Origin: a virus
Lineage: Duplodnaviria > Caudoviricetes
Length of the DNA: 38,203 nt
Strand: one strand, 5' to 3'
Virus record (IMG/VR): IMGVR_UViG_3300039208_000182
Coordinates: 1 to 38,203 of that record
Shown here: one piece after another, positions 26,544 through 35,697 of the stretch
How positions within the stretch are numbered: the first letter of the stretch is position 1
Layout of the letters: each line of letters starts with the position of its first letter
Made by a program: the position numbers and the translations under genes
Notes under the pieces: generated by a model
Seen by the model: only the letters and a program-made list of their open reading frames with translations
What the model was told of the DNA's origin: nothing
The model's database searches: none

Positions 26544-26724
26544 GGATTACCTCCGGAAAAACCTCATTCTCATACGCGGCCCAAAGACGGTCCTGGGCAA
26601 ATAGAAATTCCTCTCCTGCGGCAGCTACTTCAGGATTATCCGCACACTCCTCAAATACCATAGCTAGGGCAGTTTCATCTAAGATGGGTAATTCTTTAAT
26701 ACCACGAATGTCGTCTAGTGTCAT
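26524..26724 (-). CDS. Hypothetical acidic protein
   Basis: GGAGG RBS, ATGA coupling to the SSB gene. Confidence 0.6.
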   Translation of the reverse strand: MTLDDIRGIKELPILDETALAMVFEECADNPEVAAAGEEFLFAQDRLWAAYENEVFPEVIPEVPGE

Positions 26725-27482
26725 ACAGCCTCCCCCACTTCCTCGATAATCTTACCCTTTGTTTTGTGGTATAGCTCAATGATCGGATCGAAATGATCTC
26801 CCAGCTGATCCTGCACAGCTTCCATAATATCCTCACCGGATAACTTACGTGTTTGTGCCTTAGCCCCAAGATCGTGGAGATTATTTTTCCAGTCACTAAG
26901 GGGTAGTGGTGAAACTTCCGGCTGGGGTGAAGATACTCCCTTAACCATACTGTTCTTACCGATGGGGGTCATAGTCAGTATGATATCCTTACCAGCCTCC
27001 GGATCGGTCAAGAACACACCATACTCCGAAGAATCTGCCAGCAAATCATCAATTTTCTTGCGGGCTCCATAAGCTACACTCCAGACTCGGATGCTCTCGG
27101 ACATATAGTCATACACGTTAGCATAAGCTCTGTTGTCAGGGGCAATATTCTGGAGGCTCTCCTTGAATCCCTTATTTTCCTGAATCTCAGGAGTATGAAT
27201 TAAGGTAAAGAAAATATCGCAGGCTGGGCACTCATCCCCAAAAGTCTGCGGGCAGGCACCACTGATGTAGTTTTCCCCGTAGAAAAAATGCATGCGCTCA
27301 AAATGAAAGGGGTACGGATCGGGGTTACCGTCCGCGTCAATCTGTGGCAGGAGTCGAATAGTATATTTCTTATCGTCACCAGTGTCCTTATTGTGGGAAG
27401 GACGAAACCATTCGCTGACATTGCCCGCGTTAGGATCACGGCCACTCAGCTTACTAAGATCATCTTTAGAAAATAAACTCAT
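26721..27482 (-). CDS. Single-stranded DNA-binding protein (T4 gp32-like)
   Basis: IRLLP...PF...H...CPQTFGDECPACD...R.YANV...TDPEAG.DI. Confidence 0.78.
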   Translation of the reverse strand: MSLFSKDDLSKLSGRDPNAGNVSEWFRPSHNKDTGDDKKYTIRLLPQIDADGNPDPYPFHFERMHFFYGENYISGACPQTFGDECPACDIFFTLIHTPEIQENKGFKESLQNIAPDNRAYANVYDYMSESIRVWSVAYGARKKIDDLLADSSEYGVFLTDPEAGKDIILTMTPIGKNSMVKGVSSPQPEVSPLPLSDWKNNLHDLGAKAQTRKLSGEDIMEAVQDQLGDHFDPIIELYHKTKGKIIEEVGEAV

Positions 27483-27495
27483 ATTATCTCACTCT

Positions 27496-27861
27496 TTAAT
27501 TAACTGGAAATTCTAAAACGTTATCTGCGTTTTCTACTGCTTCTGATACCTCCGTCTCTGCGTCTAACTTATTAAAAATCTTATCGGCTTCCTCGGCCAG
27601 TTCCGTAGCGGCTGCGCCAATAGCCCTAATTGCCTCCAGGTCATCCTTGCTCTGGATGGGGATCATAAGCTTATTCCCCTCACTGACCAGAACCATGAAT
27701 GCCCCGAAACTAAACTGACCCTGGGGGACAGCCTGCTCCAACGTGAACTTGCGGTAATCATCGTCTTCAATATCGAAAGGACTATCAACCACAGTTTCGT
27801 AGGACGCTAGGCCCTCCTCGGGGTAAAGAAAATCTCGCTGTAATACTTTAGCTGCACTCAT
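27496..27861 (-). CDS. Hypothetical acidic protein
   Basis: AAGGAG RBS plus ATG 27861 (MSAAKVLQ). Confidence 0.65.
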   Translation of the reverse strand: MSAAKVLQRDFLYPEEGLASYETVVDSPFDIEDDDYRKFTLEQAVPQGQFSFGAFMVLVSEGNKLMIPIQSKDDLEAIRAIGAAATELAEEADKIFNKLDAETEVSEAVENADNVLEFPVN

Positions 27862-30238
27862 AAATATGTGTCTCCTTAAAATTTTGAAAGTTAGTCCCCT
27901 CTTCCACGGTAAATTCAAAGGGGATGGTCAGGTCGATACCTAACACTTGTTTGACGAAGGGCTTTAACTCTAACACGCATTGCTTTATGATGTCAAGTAC
28001 TCGTGCGCGGTCTTTTGCGAGACTGTCGAACACCAGACCATCGTGGTTGGTTAGAATAGGGATCATAACCCCCTCCCCCCTAACCATCAATAAGTACCCT
28101 AATAATTGACAGACCTCGTTGGCTGGGGCCTGCAATCTAAAATTAGCACCTTGGAGAATTTCCCGACTAAACTTATTCCGGGCTCCCGGTAAACGACGAT
28201 ACCTGCCGTAGGGCGTAGCGGTGTAACCTTCATACAGGACTTGCTTTTTAATACCATCAATAAAACTATAAAGAACTTTCCAATTTTGCTCCAGCGCGTT
28301 CTTAACACGCTTAGCTACTGAATGGGATAATCCCAGCTCTTTTAATTTTTTAATACTACATCCATAGATTGAAGCAAAGTTAACCGTTTTACCCTCCTTG
28401 CGGCTAATACCCCCTAGTTCAGCCGTGATACCATGCGGATCTTTACGGTTGGCAAAGATATCACACAGAAAAGGATCCCTACTTTCCATGGCACCCCAGC
28501 GCAGTTCAAACTGAGAACCATCAATACCCCACAGTAGTCCTTCGTCACCGTACCGTGAGATAAACACACTAGCAATATCCATGGTCTTTTTAACAGTCTG
28601 CATAGGGGGATTTTTAATAGACAACCTACCGCTTACAGTACCTCCTCCCTCATCCGAGGTTGCCGGAAAAATGTGAGGGTAGACCATCCCCCCTAACTTA
28701 GCTTTTTTAGTAAAAACTAAATTCTTTGAAACACCGTTGGCATAAGTCCGAATCTCTTTCGCAACTGATCGATGCTCCTTAAGTGTAGTGACAAACTCCT
28801 GCTCACCCTCCAGCGCATTAATTACATGTTCTGCTGTACGAGGAAATGATTCTCCCCAATTATTCTTAACATCAGGTACGTCAAGATTAAGAGGATGAAG
28901 AATGCCAATTTCCGCCAGCTTCTCATTACTGAACCCTCCCTTCTCCCCAAACAAATAGGCACTAAGCTGAACAGGGGAATCTAGATTTTCTACTTCCGGC
29001 GCTAACTCCTTAAGTTTAACCCCGATATCTTCTAGTTTATTGGTCTGGTCGCGAGTAACTTCCCGAAGCCGCCCAATATCCACAGCGATGCCTGCACTCT
29101 CCATGCAGGAAAGAAATGGGATTAATCTTTTGTTGTACTCCACCATGCGAGGGGAATACTGCTCGTAATGTTCCAGCGTCTCTTTAATTTTCTGGCGTAT
29201 TACGGGAGGTAGTCCTACATCAATGCCACAGTAGCGGGCAGCTAGCCGCAGATCAATGTCCTTAATTTTGGTGGAGTCAACTTCGTCATCGAGTTTACTG
29301 TAAGGTGTGAACTCTTTGGCAAGAGTTTTTAACTTGCGGTTTGAACCGGACTCATCGAGCAGATAGTGCCACATCATGCTATCATCAGCCAAACATTTAA
29401 TAACTTCCCCATCCAGAAAAAGGGTTGTCAAGTCAGCTTTTATATAATGCCCCAGTACCGTAATCTCTGGCCTATTGATAGTTTGTTTAAACCAATCAAG
29501 CCAGTCAGAACCTATCCTGGATTCTGGGTGAGCAGCTGGGATAACATAGATGGGACTGTCCCCGAAAGCTACGCCAACCATTAGAATCTCTTTGGTTTCC
29601 GGCACCCATTCCAGATCGAGTAAAACTTCTCCCTCAAAACCGGAGTATTCTTTTTGCAAGGATTCTAATCCGCGATAAGTATTAACTAGCCGAATATTAA
29701 AATCCGGTTCTGTTTCCTTATCCCCGATTAGAGCACTGTATAAATCTTCCAACCAGGTACGAGTTTTATGTGGACTTAATTCTATAAATGTAGGATGATA
29801 AGTTACAAAAACAGGAATATCACCGTAGGTTAATTCGATACGTCTGTTCTTTTCAACTGATACATTGTTGGTACCGATTACAGTAGCTCCCGCTTGACCC
29901 CCCAGGCACACGATAACTTCCGGCTGGAGAGATTCTATCTCTTTAGCCAGGTAGTTTTCACGGCAAATATCTTTTGATTTTTTGGGTGGTAATTTTTTAA
30001 AGGGGGGACTACACTTTACGGCGTAGGTAACAGCTACTTCCTTAAGGTCGAGCCCTTTGGACGCCAGAACTGGCAGGGCTCTTAGGAGAGAGTCCGCGCT
30101 GTCCGTAGGGCGCGGGAAGTCACGGACAATTAAGTACTTCGCAGTACGGTTAATAAAAGGAGCCCCTTCCACGGTCCGGGGCTCCATCGAAACTAACGTG
30201 GGGCATTCTTGACCAAGCTTACATAAGATACAGTTTAT
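27848..30238 (-). CDS. Family A DNA polymerase with N-terminal family-4 UDG-like domain and 3'-5' exonuclease (probable ATA start)
   Basis: UDG-like AVKCSPP, EI....PEVIVCLG, TYHP; exo DLE, KADL, YCGID; pol TVSGRLS...PPMQ, DGSQFELR, RKEGKTVNFASIYG, NHDGL. Confidence 0.92.
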   Translation of the reverse strand: MNCILCKLGQECPTLVSMEPRTVEGAPFINRTAKYLIVRDFPRPTDSADSLLRALPVLASKGLDLKEVAVTYAVKCSPPFKKLPPKKSKDICRENYLAKEIESLQPEVIVCLGGQAGATVIGTNNVSVEKNRRIELTYGDIPVFVTYHPTFIELSPHKTRTWLEDLYSALIGDKETEPDFNIRLVNTYRGLESLQKEYSGFEGEVLLDLEWVPETKEILMVGVAFGDSPIYVIPAAHPESRIGSDWLDWFKQTINRPEITVLGHYIKADLTTLFLDGEVIKCLADDSMMWHYLLDESGSNRKLKTLAKEFTPYSKLDDEVDSTKIKDIDLRLAARYCGIDVGLPPVIRQKIKETLEHYEQYSPRMVEYNKRLIPFLSCMESAGIAVDIGRLREVTRDQTNKLEDIGVKLKELAPEVENLDSPVQLSAYLFGEKGGFSNEKLAEIGILHPLNLDVPDVKNNWGESFPRTAEHVINALEGEQEFVTTLKEHRSVAKEIRTYANGVSKNLVFTKKAKLGGMVYPHIFPATSDEGGGTVSGRLSIKNPPMQTVKKTMDIASVFISRYGDEGLLWGIDGSQFELRWGAMESRDPFLCDIFANRKDPHGITAELGGISRKEGKTVNFASIYGCSIKKLKELGLSHSVAKRVKNALEQNWKVLYSFIDGIKKQVLYEGYTATPYGRYRRLPGARNKFSREILQGANFRLQAPANEVCQLLGYLLMVRGEGVMIPILTNHDGLVFDSLAKDRARVLDIIKQCVLELKPFVKQVLGIDLTIPFEFTVEEGTNFQNFKETHIYECS

Positions 30239-30242
30239 ATTA

Positions 30243-30758
30243 TTAATTTCCTTTCTTAACGTGATGAAACATAAAACCTAATTGTTTAATATACCACTCT
30301 AGCAACTGAGGAGTACCTTCTGTCCGTTCCAGACAGGCACTAACGTAAGGCCCTTCTGGCGAACCTTGACCGTGCGTATGTCCATGAATTTGCCCCCAAT
30401 ACTGAGGTATTACAGAACTTCTATGAATCGGCATGTGTGCTAATAGTACGTCATTAAGTACAGCGTACCCTGTTATTTTTCGGAACACCTGACGATATGC
30501 TTCCATATCTAATGTGTCATGGTTCCCCATTACCAGTTTCTTAATACCGGGCAGATTTTTAATTACATCTAGCCCTTCCCGATTCCAGGCCACATCACCG
30601 AGCACATAAATAACATCTTCTGAGCTAATATTGGCGTGCCACCAACCTTCAATTTCCGCGTCCCTTTTAATAATACTGTCATACTTTCGCCAGAATGGCT
30701 CATATTCTACTAATTTTTTATGGCGGAAGTGAAGATCAGAAGTTACCCAACATTTCAT
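30243..30758 (-). CDS. Calcineurin-like phosphoesterase
   Basis: SDLHF.H, LGD, GNHD, HMP, HGHTH. Confidence 0.88.
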   Translation of the reverse strand: MKCWVTSDLHFRHKKLVEYEPFWRKYDSIIKRDAEIEGWWHANISSEDVIYVLGDVAWNREGLDVIKNLPGIKKLVMGNHDTLDMEAYRQVFRKITGYAVLNDVLLAHMPIHRSSVIPQYWGQIHGHTHGQGSPEGPYVSACLERTEGTPQLLEWYIKQLGFMFHHVKKGN

Positions 30759-30766
30759 CCTTCCAC

Positions 30767-30940
30767 CTACGCTTTAGAGGCGGGGCGGCGACGTGGTTCA
30801 TGCAACAAGACTCCGAAGAACATACGGGCGAACGTAACCCCGTACAGCCGTCCGGATTTTAGCGAGTCAGGAACCTCTATTCGCCACCCCCACAACATCG
30901 AGGACCACCCCGGTATCAAACGCACACGCTTCTCGCTCAT
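30767..30940 (-). CDS. Hypothetical protein (57 aa)
   Basis: AGGAGG RBS plus ATG; MSEKRVRLIPGWSSMLWGW... Confidence 0.55.
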   Translation of the reverse strand: MSEKRVRLIPGWSSMLWGWRIEVPDSLKSGRLYGVTFARMFFGVLLHEPRRRPASKA

Positions 30941-31047
30941 TGTTCCTCCTGTTCAGAAACCCAATCCAGAAAACAATCATCACAAACCCCCTGCCGACCT
31001 ACGTTAGTCCACTCGCCGCAGTATTCACACTGCGCTTTGCCACTCAT
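30937..31047 (-). CDS. Tiny Zn-ribbon protein (36 aa)
   Basis: MSGKAQCEYCGEWTNVGRQGVCDDCFLDWVSEQEEQ; ATGA overlaps at both ends. Confidence 0.6.
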   Translation of the reverse strand: MSGKAQCEYCGEWTNVGRQGVCDDCFLDWVSEQEEQ

Positions 31048-31295
31048 GGGTCAATTACTAAAGTAACGTTGCGCACGGGGACAACTGTTAAGGTTTTATC
31101 CGTCACATTATTCCCAGGTATAGATCTTCCTGTTTTAAGAGCAACGTAACCATTATAAGTTTTTAGATAAAGATGTCCATCTTTTTGTGATGGGAGGACA
31201 AAAGAATTCCTAAAATAAAAACAATCACCTGGCTTCATATCGTCAATGGTAGGAATACCAGCGTCAACATTTTTTCTATTGTCTACAATTCTCAT
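31044..31295 (-). CDS. Hypothetical protein
   Basis: 83-aa ORF tiling the operon. Confidence 0.6.
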   Translation of the reverse strand: MRIVDNRKNVDAGIPTIDDMKPGDCFYFRNSFVLPSQKDGHLYLKTYNGYVALKTGRSIPGNNVTDKTLTVVPVRNVTLVIDP

Positions 31296-31296
31296 T

Positions 31297-31509
31297 TTAG
31301 TGTGTTCCTATAGTTCGCATTCGTTCTATTGCTCGTTGCATTGCTGCACGTGTCACATCGTTAGTCGTCGCATCCCCGATCCACTGGCAAACCTCGGCCG
31401 CCCAGTTGACACCTTCCTCAAAAAAGAACATAGCGTGCTCTCGTTCAGCTTCATCGGTGATGCGACTGCGGGCCAACACTCTTTCCACTGCCTGCAACTT
31501 ATTCGGCAA
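31297..31509 (-). CDS. Hypothetical protein
   Basis: 70-aa ORF tiling the operon. Confidence 0.55.
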   Translation of the reverse strand: MPNKLQAVERVLARSRITDEAEREHAMFFFEEGVNWAAEVCQWIGDATTNDVTRAAMQRAIERMRTIGTH

Positions 31510-31747
31510 GTGCTAAGTCATCCCCACCAAGAACGGCCATTTCACCGCCGCCATTAGTATTATCCTGCGGGGGCTGCTCTTGATATAACTGCTGAGTTAC
31601 ACTGGAATACAACCCGCCACTAACAAAATACTCCACCAATACACCGTTGCGGGAGGTTAACTCACGCAACACTTCATTGAATTCCCGTGTTAATTTCTTA
31701 AGAACATCTGCTAACTCTGGTGTTTCTAATTTCTTAATATCACTCAT
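31499..31747 (-). CDS. Hypothetical protein
   Basis: GGAG RBS, ATGA overlap at 31747. Confidence 0.55.
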   Translation of the reverse strand: MSDIKKLETPELADVLKKLTREFNEVLRELTSRNGVLVEYFVSGGLYSSVTQQLYQEQPPQDNTNGGGEMAVLGGDDLALAE

Positions 31748-32031
31748 AAATATTTCTCCAAATAATAATGCCAAGCTCTTTGTATTACTCGTCTATCTCT
31801 GTTAAAATGTTTAGCTATTTCATCAAATGTCATGTCCAACTGAGTGTACATGTGCGCCACGTCCAAAGCTATCTCCACATACACAGTTCCTTCGTAAGGT
31901 TCCCGCCAGCACAGAGTACCTTCGGGTAGGATATCGTAATCATAGCCCCGCCTATCTAGAATCTCCAGCATCATCCGCTGCCAGTAATACTGATCCTGCG
32001 TCTGGCGTGAATCATAAACAATGCGCATCAT
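31744..32031 (-). CDS. Putative HTH DNA-binding protein
   Basis: C-terminal MTFDEIAKHFNRDRRVIQRA. Confidence 0.55.
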   Translation of the reverse strand: MMRIVYDSRQTQDQYYWQRMMLEILDRRGYDYDILPEGTLCWREPYEGTVYVEIALDVAHMYTQLDMTFDEIAKHFNRDRRVIQRAWHYYLEKYL

Positions 32032-32732
32032 GACAAATAACTCGATATATCTAATCCCATTGAAGCCGGATCACGACCCAGTGGTAGCTGTTTAAATGTA
32101 CTACCTATTGGCATTTTAGTAAATTCGATGGTAGCTTTATTCAAAGGCACATCTCCGTCCGGCATGTAAATTAACCTGGAATAGTAATCACTAATATCCT
32201 CCACTTGTTTGTGATGTAACCGCCACGATAGAACGCAAGCTGCGTTAGTAAATTGTCCCACTACCAATGCATCAAATATACCCTCAACTAAAACTATCTC
32301 GCGAGCTGAATGAGTCTGGACGTGATAGTAAACTCCAGCCGAGGCCCCATCCCCCCCACAGTTTTTCCAAGCAGGTGGACGATGCTGTTTCCACCTACGT
32401 TCCTGCCAGAATTCAAAGCCCGGAAAAAAGAAAAGTAACCCCTTGGCAGTTTCGTAGATAGGCATGCTGTCTACTAACCAGCGAGGTACGTTGCGGTTTT
32501 TAAAATACTCATAGGCATTATCACTTAAGCTAAAATATTCCGGTGGTTCCTCTAAAGAACGATCTTCAAATTGCACCGGCTTAAACCCAGCAACCGGAAC
32601 ATCGAACCCTAGATTTTTTGACCTGCCAGATATACCACAACTGGCACGGTGGCAGTAGTATACTCCTTTAACTGTGTTAATGTAGAATGAAGAGCCGCCG
32701 CACTGAGGGCAAGTTGTTTGTACCTCACTCAT
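32028..32732 (-). CDS. DNA primase (Zn finger plus TOPRIM)
   Basis: Start ATG 32732; CPQC...YYCHRASCG.SG; LVEGIFDAL; MPDGD. Confidence 0.85.
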   Translation of the reverse strand: MSEVQTTCPQCGGSSFYINTVKGVYYCHRASCGISGRSKNLGFDVPVAGFKPVQFEDRSLEEPPEYFSLSDNAYEYFKNRNVPRWLVDSMPIYETAKGLLFFFPGFEFWQERRWKQHRPPAWKNCGGDGASAGVYYHVQTHSAREIVLVEGIFDALVVGQFTNAACVLSWRLHHKQVEDISDYYSRLIYMPDGDVPLNKATIEFTKMPIGSTFKQLPLGRDPASMGLDISSYLS

Positions 32733-32985
32733 TGACGGATTTAAAAACTTGCTTAGCCTTCCACTTATTCCAATTTTTAAAAGCACGTTTAATAATTAAT
32801 CTATCTAAAAATCCCAATACTAATTGTTCTTTACTAACTAAAGAAACATAAAAAGTTCCTTGGTTTGTTAGATGGAAACTAATATTTCTACTAGGGCATC
32901 CCCATCTGTCGGAATATACACCACTTACTTTCCAGAGCTCGGGGTTCTTTTTTACAAATTTATAGATCCTAATACCTATTTCCAT
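32725..32985 (-). CDS. Hypothetical basic protein
   Basis: 86-aa ORF tiling the operon. Confidence 0.5.
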   Translation of the reverse strand: MEIGIRIYKFVKKNPELWKVSGVYSDRWGCPSRNISFHLTNQGTFYVSLVSKEQLVLGFLDRLIIKRAFKNWNKWKAKQVFKSVNE

Positions 32986-32987
32986 TT

Positions 32988-33290
32988 TTAAATCTCATGT
33001 ATATTATTAGACCGCATCAAAGTACACTTTCCGCATACATAATAAGATACCTCAATATCTACCATAGCTTCTTCTTCACAGTCAGCACACTTTATTAATG
33101 CAGTATAGTTATCTCCTGGTCCGACCGCCAAAGGTAAAACAAACTCATCATCATCCTCTTCATACTCACCAGAGGCACAATCTATACAGATATCCTCTCC
33201 GTCAGTAACACAAGAATGGCAGATACCATTATAACAACTGGCACATTTAAAAGAACTTAATGGGTCTGGACAAAAGCACACATCACCCAC
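32988..33290 (-). CDS. Cys-rich Zn-finger protein
   Basis: Multiple CxxC pairs; likely GTG start at 33290 overlapping the helicase end. Confidence 0.6.
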   Translation of the reverse strand: MGDVCFCPDPLSSFKCASCYNGICHSCVTDGEDICIDCASGEYEEDDDEFVLPLAVGPGDNYTALIKCADCEEEAMVDIEVSYYVCGKCTLMRSNNIHEI

Positions 33291-34584
33291 CGCTCTTTTC
33301 CCATTTCGAGTAAGCTTCCACACTAGCAGTCGCATCCTCGCTGAAACTTTGAACTTCTGGCATACCTCTGAGAGCCACTTCCCTAGTCGCCCCAATGGTA
33401 CGTTCTCTAGCTTTTTCAACGGTCCATCTCATTTGACCCATATCCTTTTCATCGGATGTTTGATTAAGCGCCAGGATAACATCGGCAATTTCTACCTTGC
33501 TAATTGCCTCCGCCACGTTCTCCTTGCGCACATATTGTTCGCCGTAAGCCGCGCGATTAACTTGGCTGGCGGTCCACAAACCACCGTTAACCTCGCAGGC
33601 AATACGTCTAAGCATCTCAGTAGTTTCTGCTACCGCAAATCTCTCCTGCAGTCTAAAGTTACTTGGCTTAACCTTATCAATGTAATCCACGATGATAAGG
33701 GGCTGGGTATCAATAGTATCGCAGAACTTAAGTACATCTTGCCGCAACTGACTGGTGGTATAAGCCCGGTTGCTAAAATCTACCACACACCACGGAGGTA
33801 ATTTTAACGCCGCCAATTCTTTCTTAACATCGGCTGGATTAAACATCACATCCATGCGGTTTTTACCTAATAGACTCTGGTAGTACCGGACGTGGGATCG
33901 TCTGAAAGATATTTCTCCAGTCATGTGGATAACAGGCACATTACTTTTTAATGCCTGAACCCCTAGGTATGTGAGAGCCCACGTTTTACCAACGTGAACT
34001 TCCCCTAAGAGCACCCCCAGTTCACTTTCCCACAAACCACCATTCAGCATACCATCTAAAGTAACGAAGCCAGTTGGAAATTTTAAACAATCTTGCTCCT
34101 TGGTGATAACTGAATCCACCATATCTGGATTAAACAACTCCAGTGAATTACCGGACAACAACCCACGTTCAACGGCTTCTAATTCTGAAATAACTTTAGA
34201 CAGTTCCGTTTTGCCAGACTGCACTAAATCAGTTTGAGCTTCGAGTAAAATTTTACTAACCGTATGCCGGTTAATTGCTTTCTCAAAAAGTTTATCTAAG
34301 CTGGAGTCATTTAAAACAAGTTCATTAATCTTAGATATCTCAACTAAAAGATCATCCATCTGAGCTTCATTATCGGATACCTGCCCCAAGTATCCCTTAA
34401 TTAAATCCAGAGACACTGAATCAGTTGATTCTTCTGAAACCCAGTGATCTTCCAACACCGCAAAGACCTTGCGCTGGGTAATAGGCACAGCGGGATCTTG
34501 GAAAATAACCCCAAGTAAATCACCGTATCTATCCCAGTAAATCCTTTGAAATAAAGCTTTTAGAATCACTCTTCGTTCCGGCAT
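33283..34584 (-). CDS. Replicative DnaB-like (SF4) helicase
   Basis: PTGF..LD..LNGGL, GEVHVGKT, IIVDYID, WTASQVNR, K...AD, KAR; GGAGGT RBS. Confidence 0.92.
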   Translation of the reverse strand: MPERRVILKALFQRIYWDRYGDLLGVIFQDPAVPITQRKVFAVLEDHWVSEESTDSVSLDLIKGYLGQVSDNEAQMDDLLVEISKINELVLNDSSLDKLFEKAINRHTVSKILLEAQTDLVQSGKTELSKVISELEAVERGLLSGNSLELFNPDMVDSVITKEQDCLKFPTGFVTLDGMLNGGLWESELGVLLGEVHVGKTWALTYLGVQALKSNVPVIHMTGEISFRRSHVRYYQSLLGKNRMDVMFNPADVKKELAALKLPPWCVVDFSNRAYTTSQLRQDVLKFCDTIDTQPLIIVDYIDKVKPSNFRLQERFAVAETTEMLRRIACEVNGGLWTASQVNRAAYGEQYVRKENVAEAISKVEIADVILALNQTSDEKDMGQMRWTVEKARERTIGATREVALRGMPEVQSFSEDATASVEAYSKWEKSGG

Positions 34585-34621
34585 GGTACCTCCGTCAGGT
34601 CCGTTGGTGGGCGGGCTAATG

Positions 34622-34651
34622 AAGGTACCACGGCGGGGTGGTCCCTGTCAA
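34622..34651 (-). promoter_or_regulatory. Sigma70-type promoter for the replication operon
   Basis: TTGACA-18 bp-TACCTT with a TGn extended -10, in the intergenic gap upstream of the helicase. Confidence 0.65.
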
Positions 34652-34695
34652 GGAATCGTGCTCGATGCATAGGTACTTGACACATGTGGTATACT

Positions 34696-35697
34696 CTAGT
34701 GAACTGTAACTAACTTACTAGCATAACTTGTTCCGTTATTAGGATGTTCATTACAAACATTACAACATTCTCCTAATACAGAAATATCATCTAAAGGATC
34801 TCCACAACTACCACAAGTAATAGGGATACGACAAGCAGTACAACACCAGTGCGTTGATCCTTTCTTACGTGGTTGATTTTTTGGTATAGCTATTTTCTTA
34901 CCGCAGTTACAACAAGCAATCTTACCCCCCATTTCAGGCCCTCTGATTAAACCTCCCTCAGAATTTTGTTGAAACCTCATATGGGTTAAAGATTTAATAT
35001 CCGCAGTAGGTAAAGCTTTCCTAGTACTTATATCTATAACTTTAGGATCATCATCTACATTCTTTACTGGGGTAGTAGTTTTTTTATTAGATACCCCATA
35101 ATTGTGCCAATCGTTATAACCGGCCCCACCGTAGTACGATCTACGATAGCACTTATAACTGGTATTGCTGTACCAGACACCAGTGCTATCATCTAATTCT
35201 CCCTTCTCCATATTTAGGATGGTGATGCGCCCATCAGAGTCTAAGAAAGCTAACTTATTAAAAGTTAAATCTTTCTTAATAAGACGTTGAACACTATTTC
35301 TTTGGAGTAAGTCAGGGGTTAAGAAAGAAAGATAGTTCTTAGCAAAACTTTCACTATCAGTTGCCCCTTCAATTAAATCAATACCTTTAATGGTCCCATT
35401 ATGGGCCATAATAAGGTCATCCGAAATTTTAAATGGATGACAATTATCCTTATTAATTGCCCCTTCCGTAGCAATCCGGAAATGTAGTATAGCAGGGGTA
35501 TCTTTCTCAGTAAATTGAGTCTTTACGACGTCCTGATAACTAGTTAATAAAGCTTCTGTCGAGAGAAACTTTCTAACTTGAATCTTATCCCCATCATGAA
35601 AAGCATACCCACACCCATCTCCATTATTGTCTCCGCAAATTTGTAGGGTATCCATATCAACTTCAGCCCCAATGGGCTTAGCCACAATGATACACAT
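34696..35697 (-). CDS. Class II (Ntn) glutamine amidotransferase with C-terminal Cys-rich extension
   Basis: MCII N-terminal nucleophile, N.DG.G, HFRIAT.G, NCHPF, HNG, TDSE, WYSN. Confidence 0.9.
   Translation of the reverse strand: MCIIVAKPIGAEVDMDTLQICGDNNGDGCGYAFHDGDKIQVRKFLSTEALLTSYQDVVKTQFTEKDTPAILHFRIATEGAINKDNCHPFKISDDLIMAHNGTIKGIDLIEGATDSESFAKNYLSFLTPDLLQRNSVQRLIKKDLTFNKLAFLDSDGRITILNMEKGELDDSTGVWYSNTSYKCYRRSYYGGAGYNDWHNYGVSNKKTTTPVKNVDDDPKVIDISTRKALPTADIKSLTHMRFQQNSEGGLIRGPEMGGKIACCNCGKKIAIPKNQPRKKGSTHWCCTACRIPITCGSCGDPLDDISVLGECCNVCNEHPNNGTSYASKLVTVH

Noticed and set aside
34677-34695. + strand TTGACA...TATACT promoter-like pair
   Set aside because: Spacer is only 7 bp; an extended -10 alone (TGGTATACT, antisense to the GATase) is possible but unsupported
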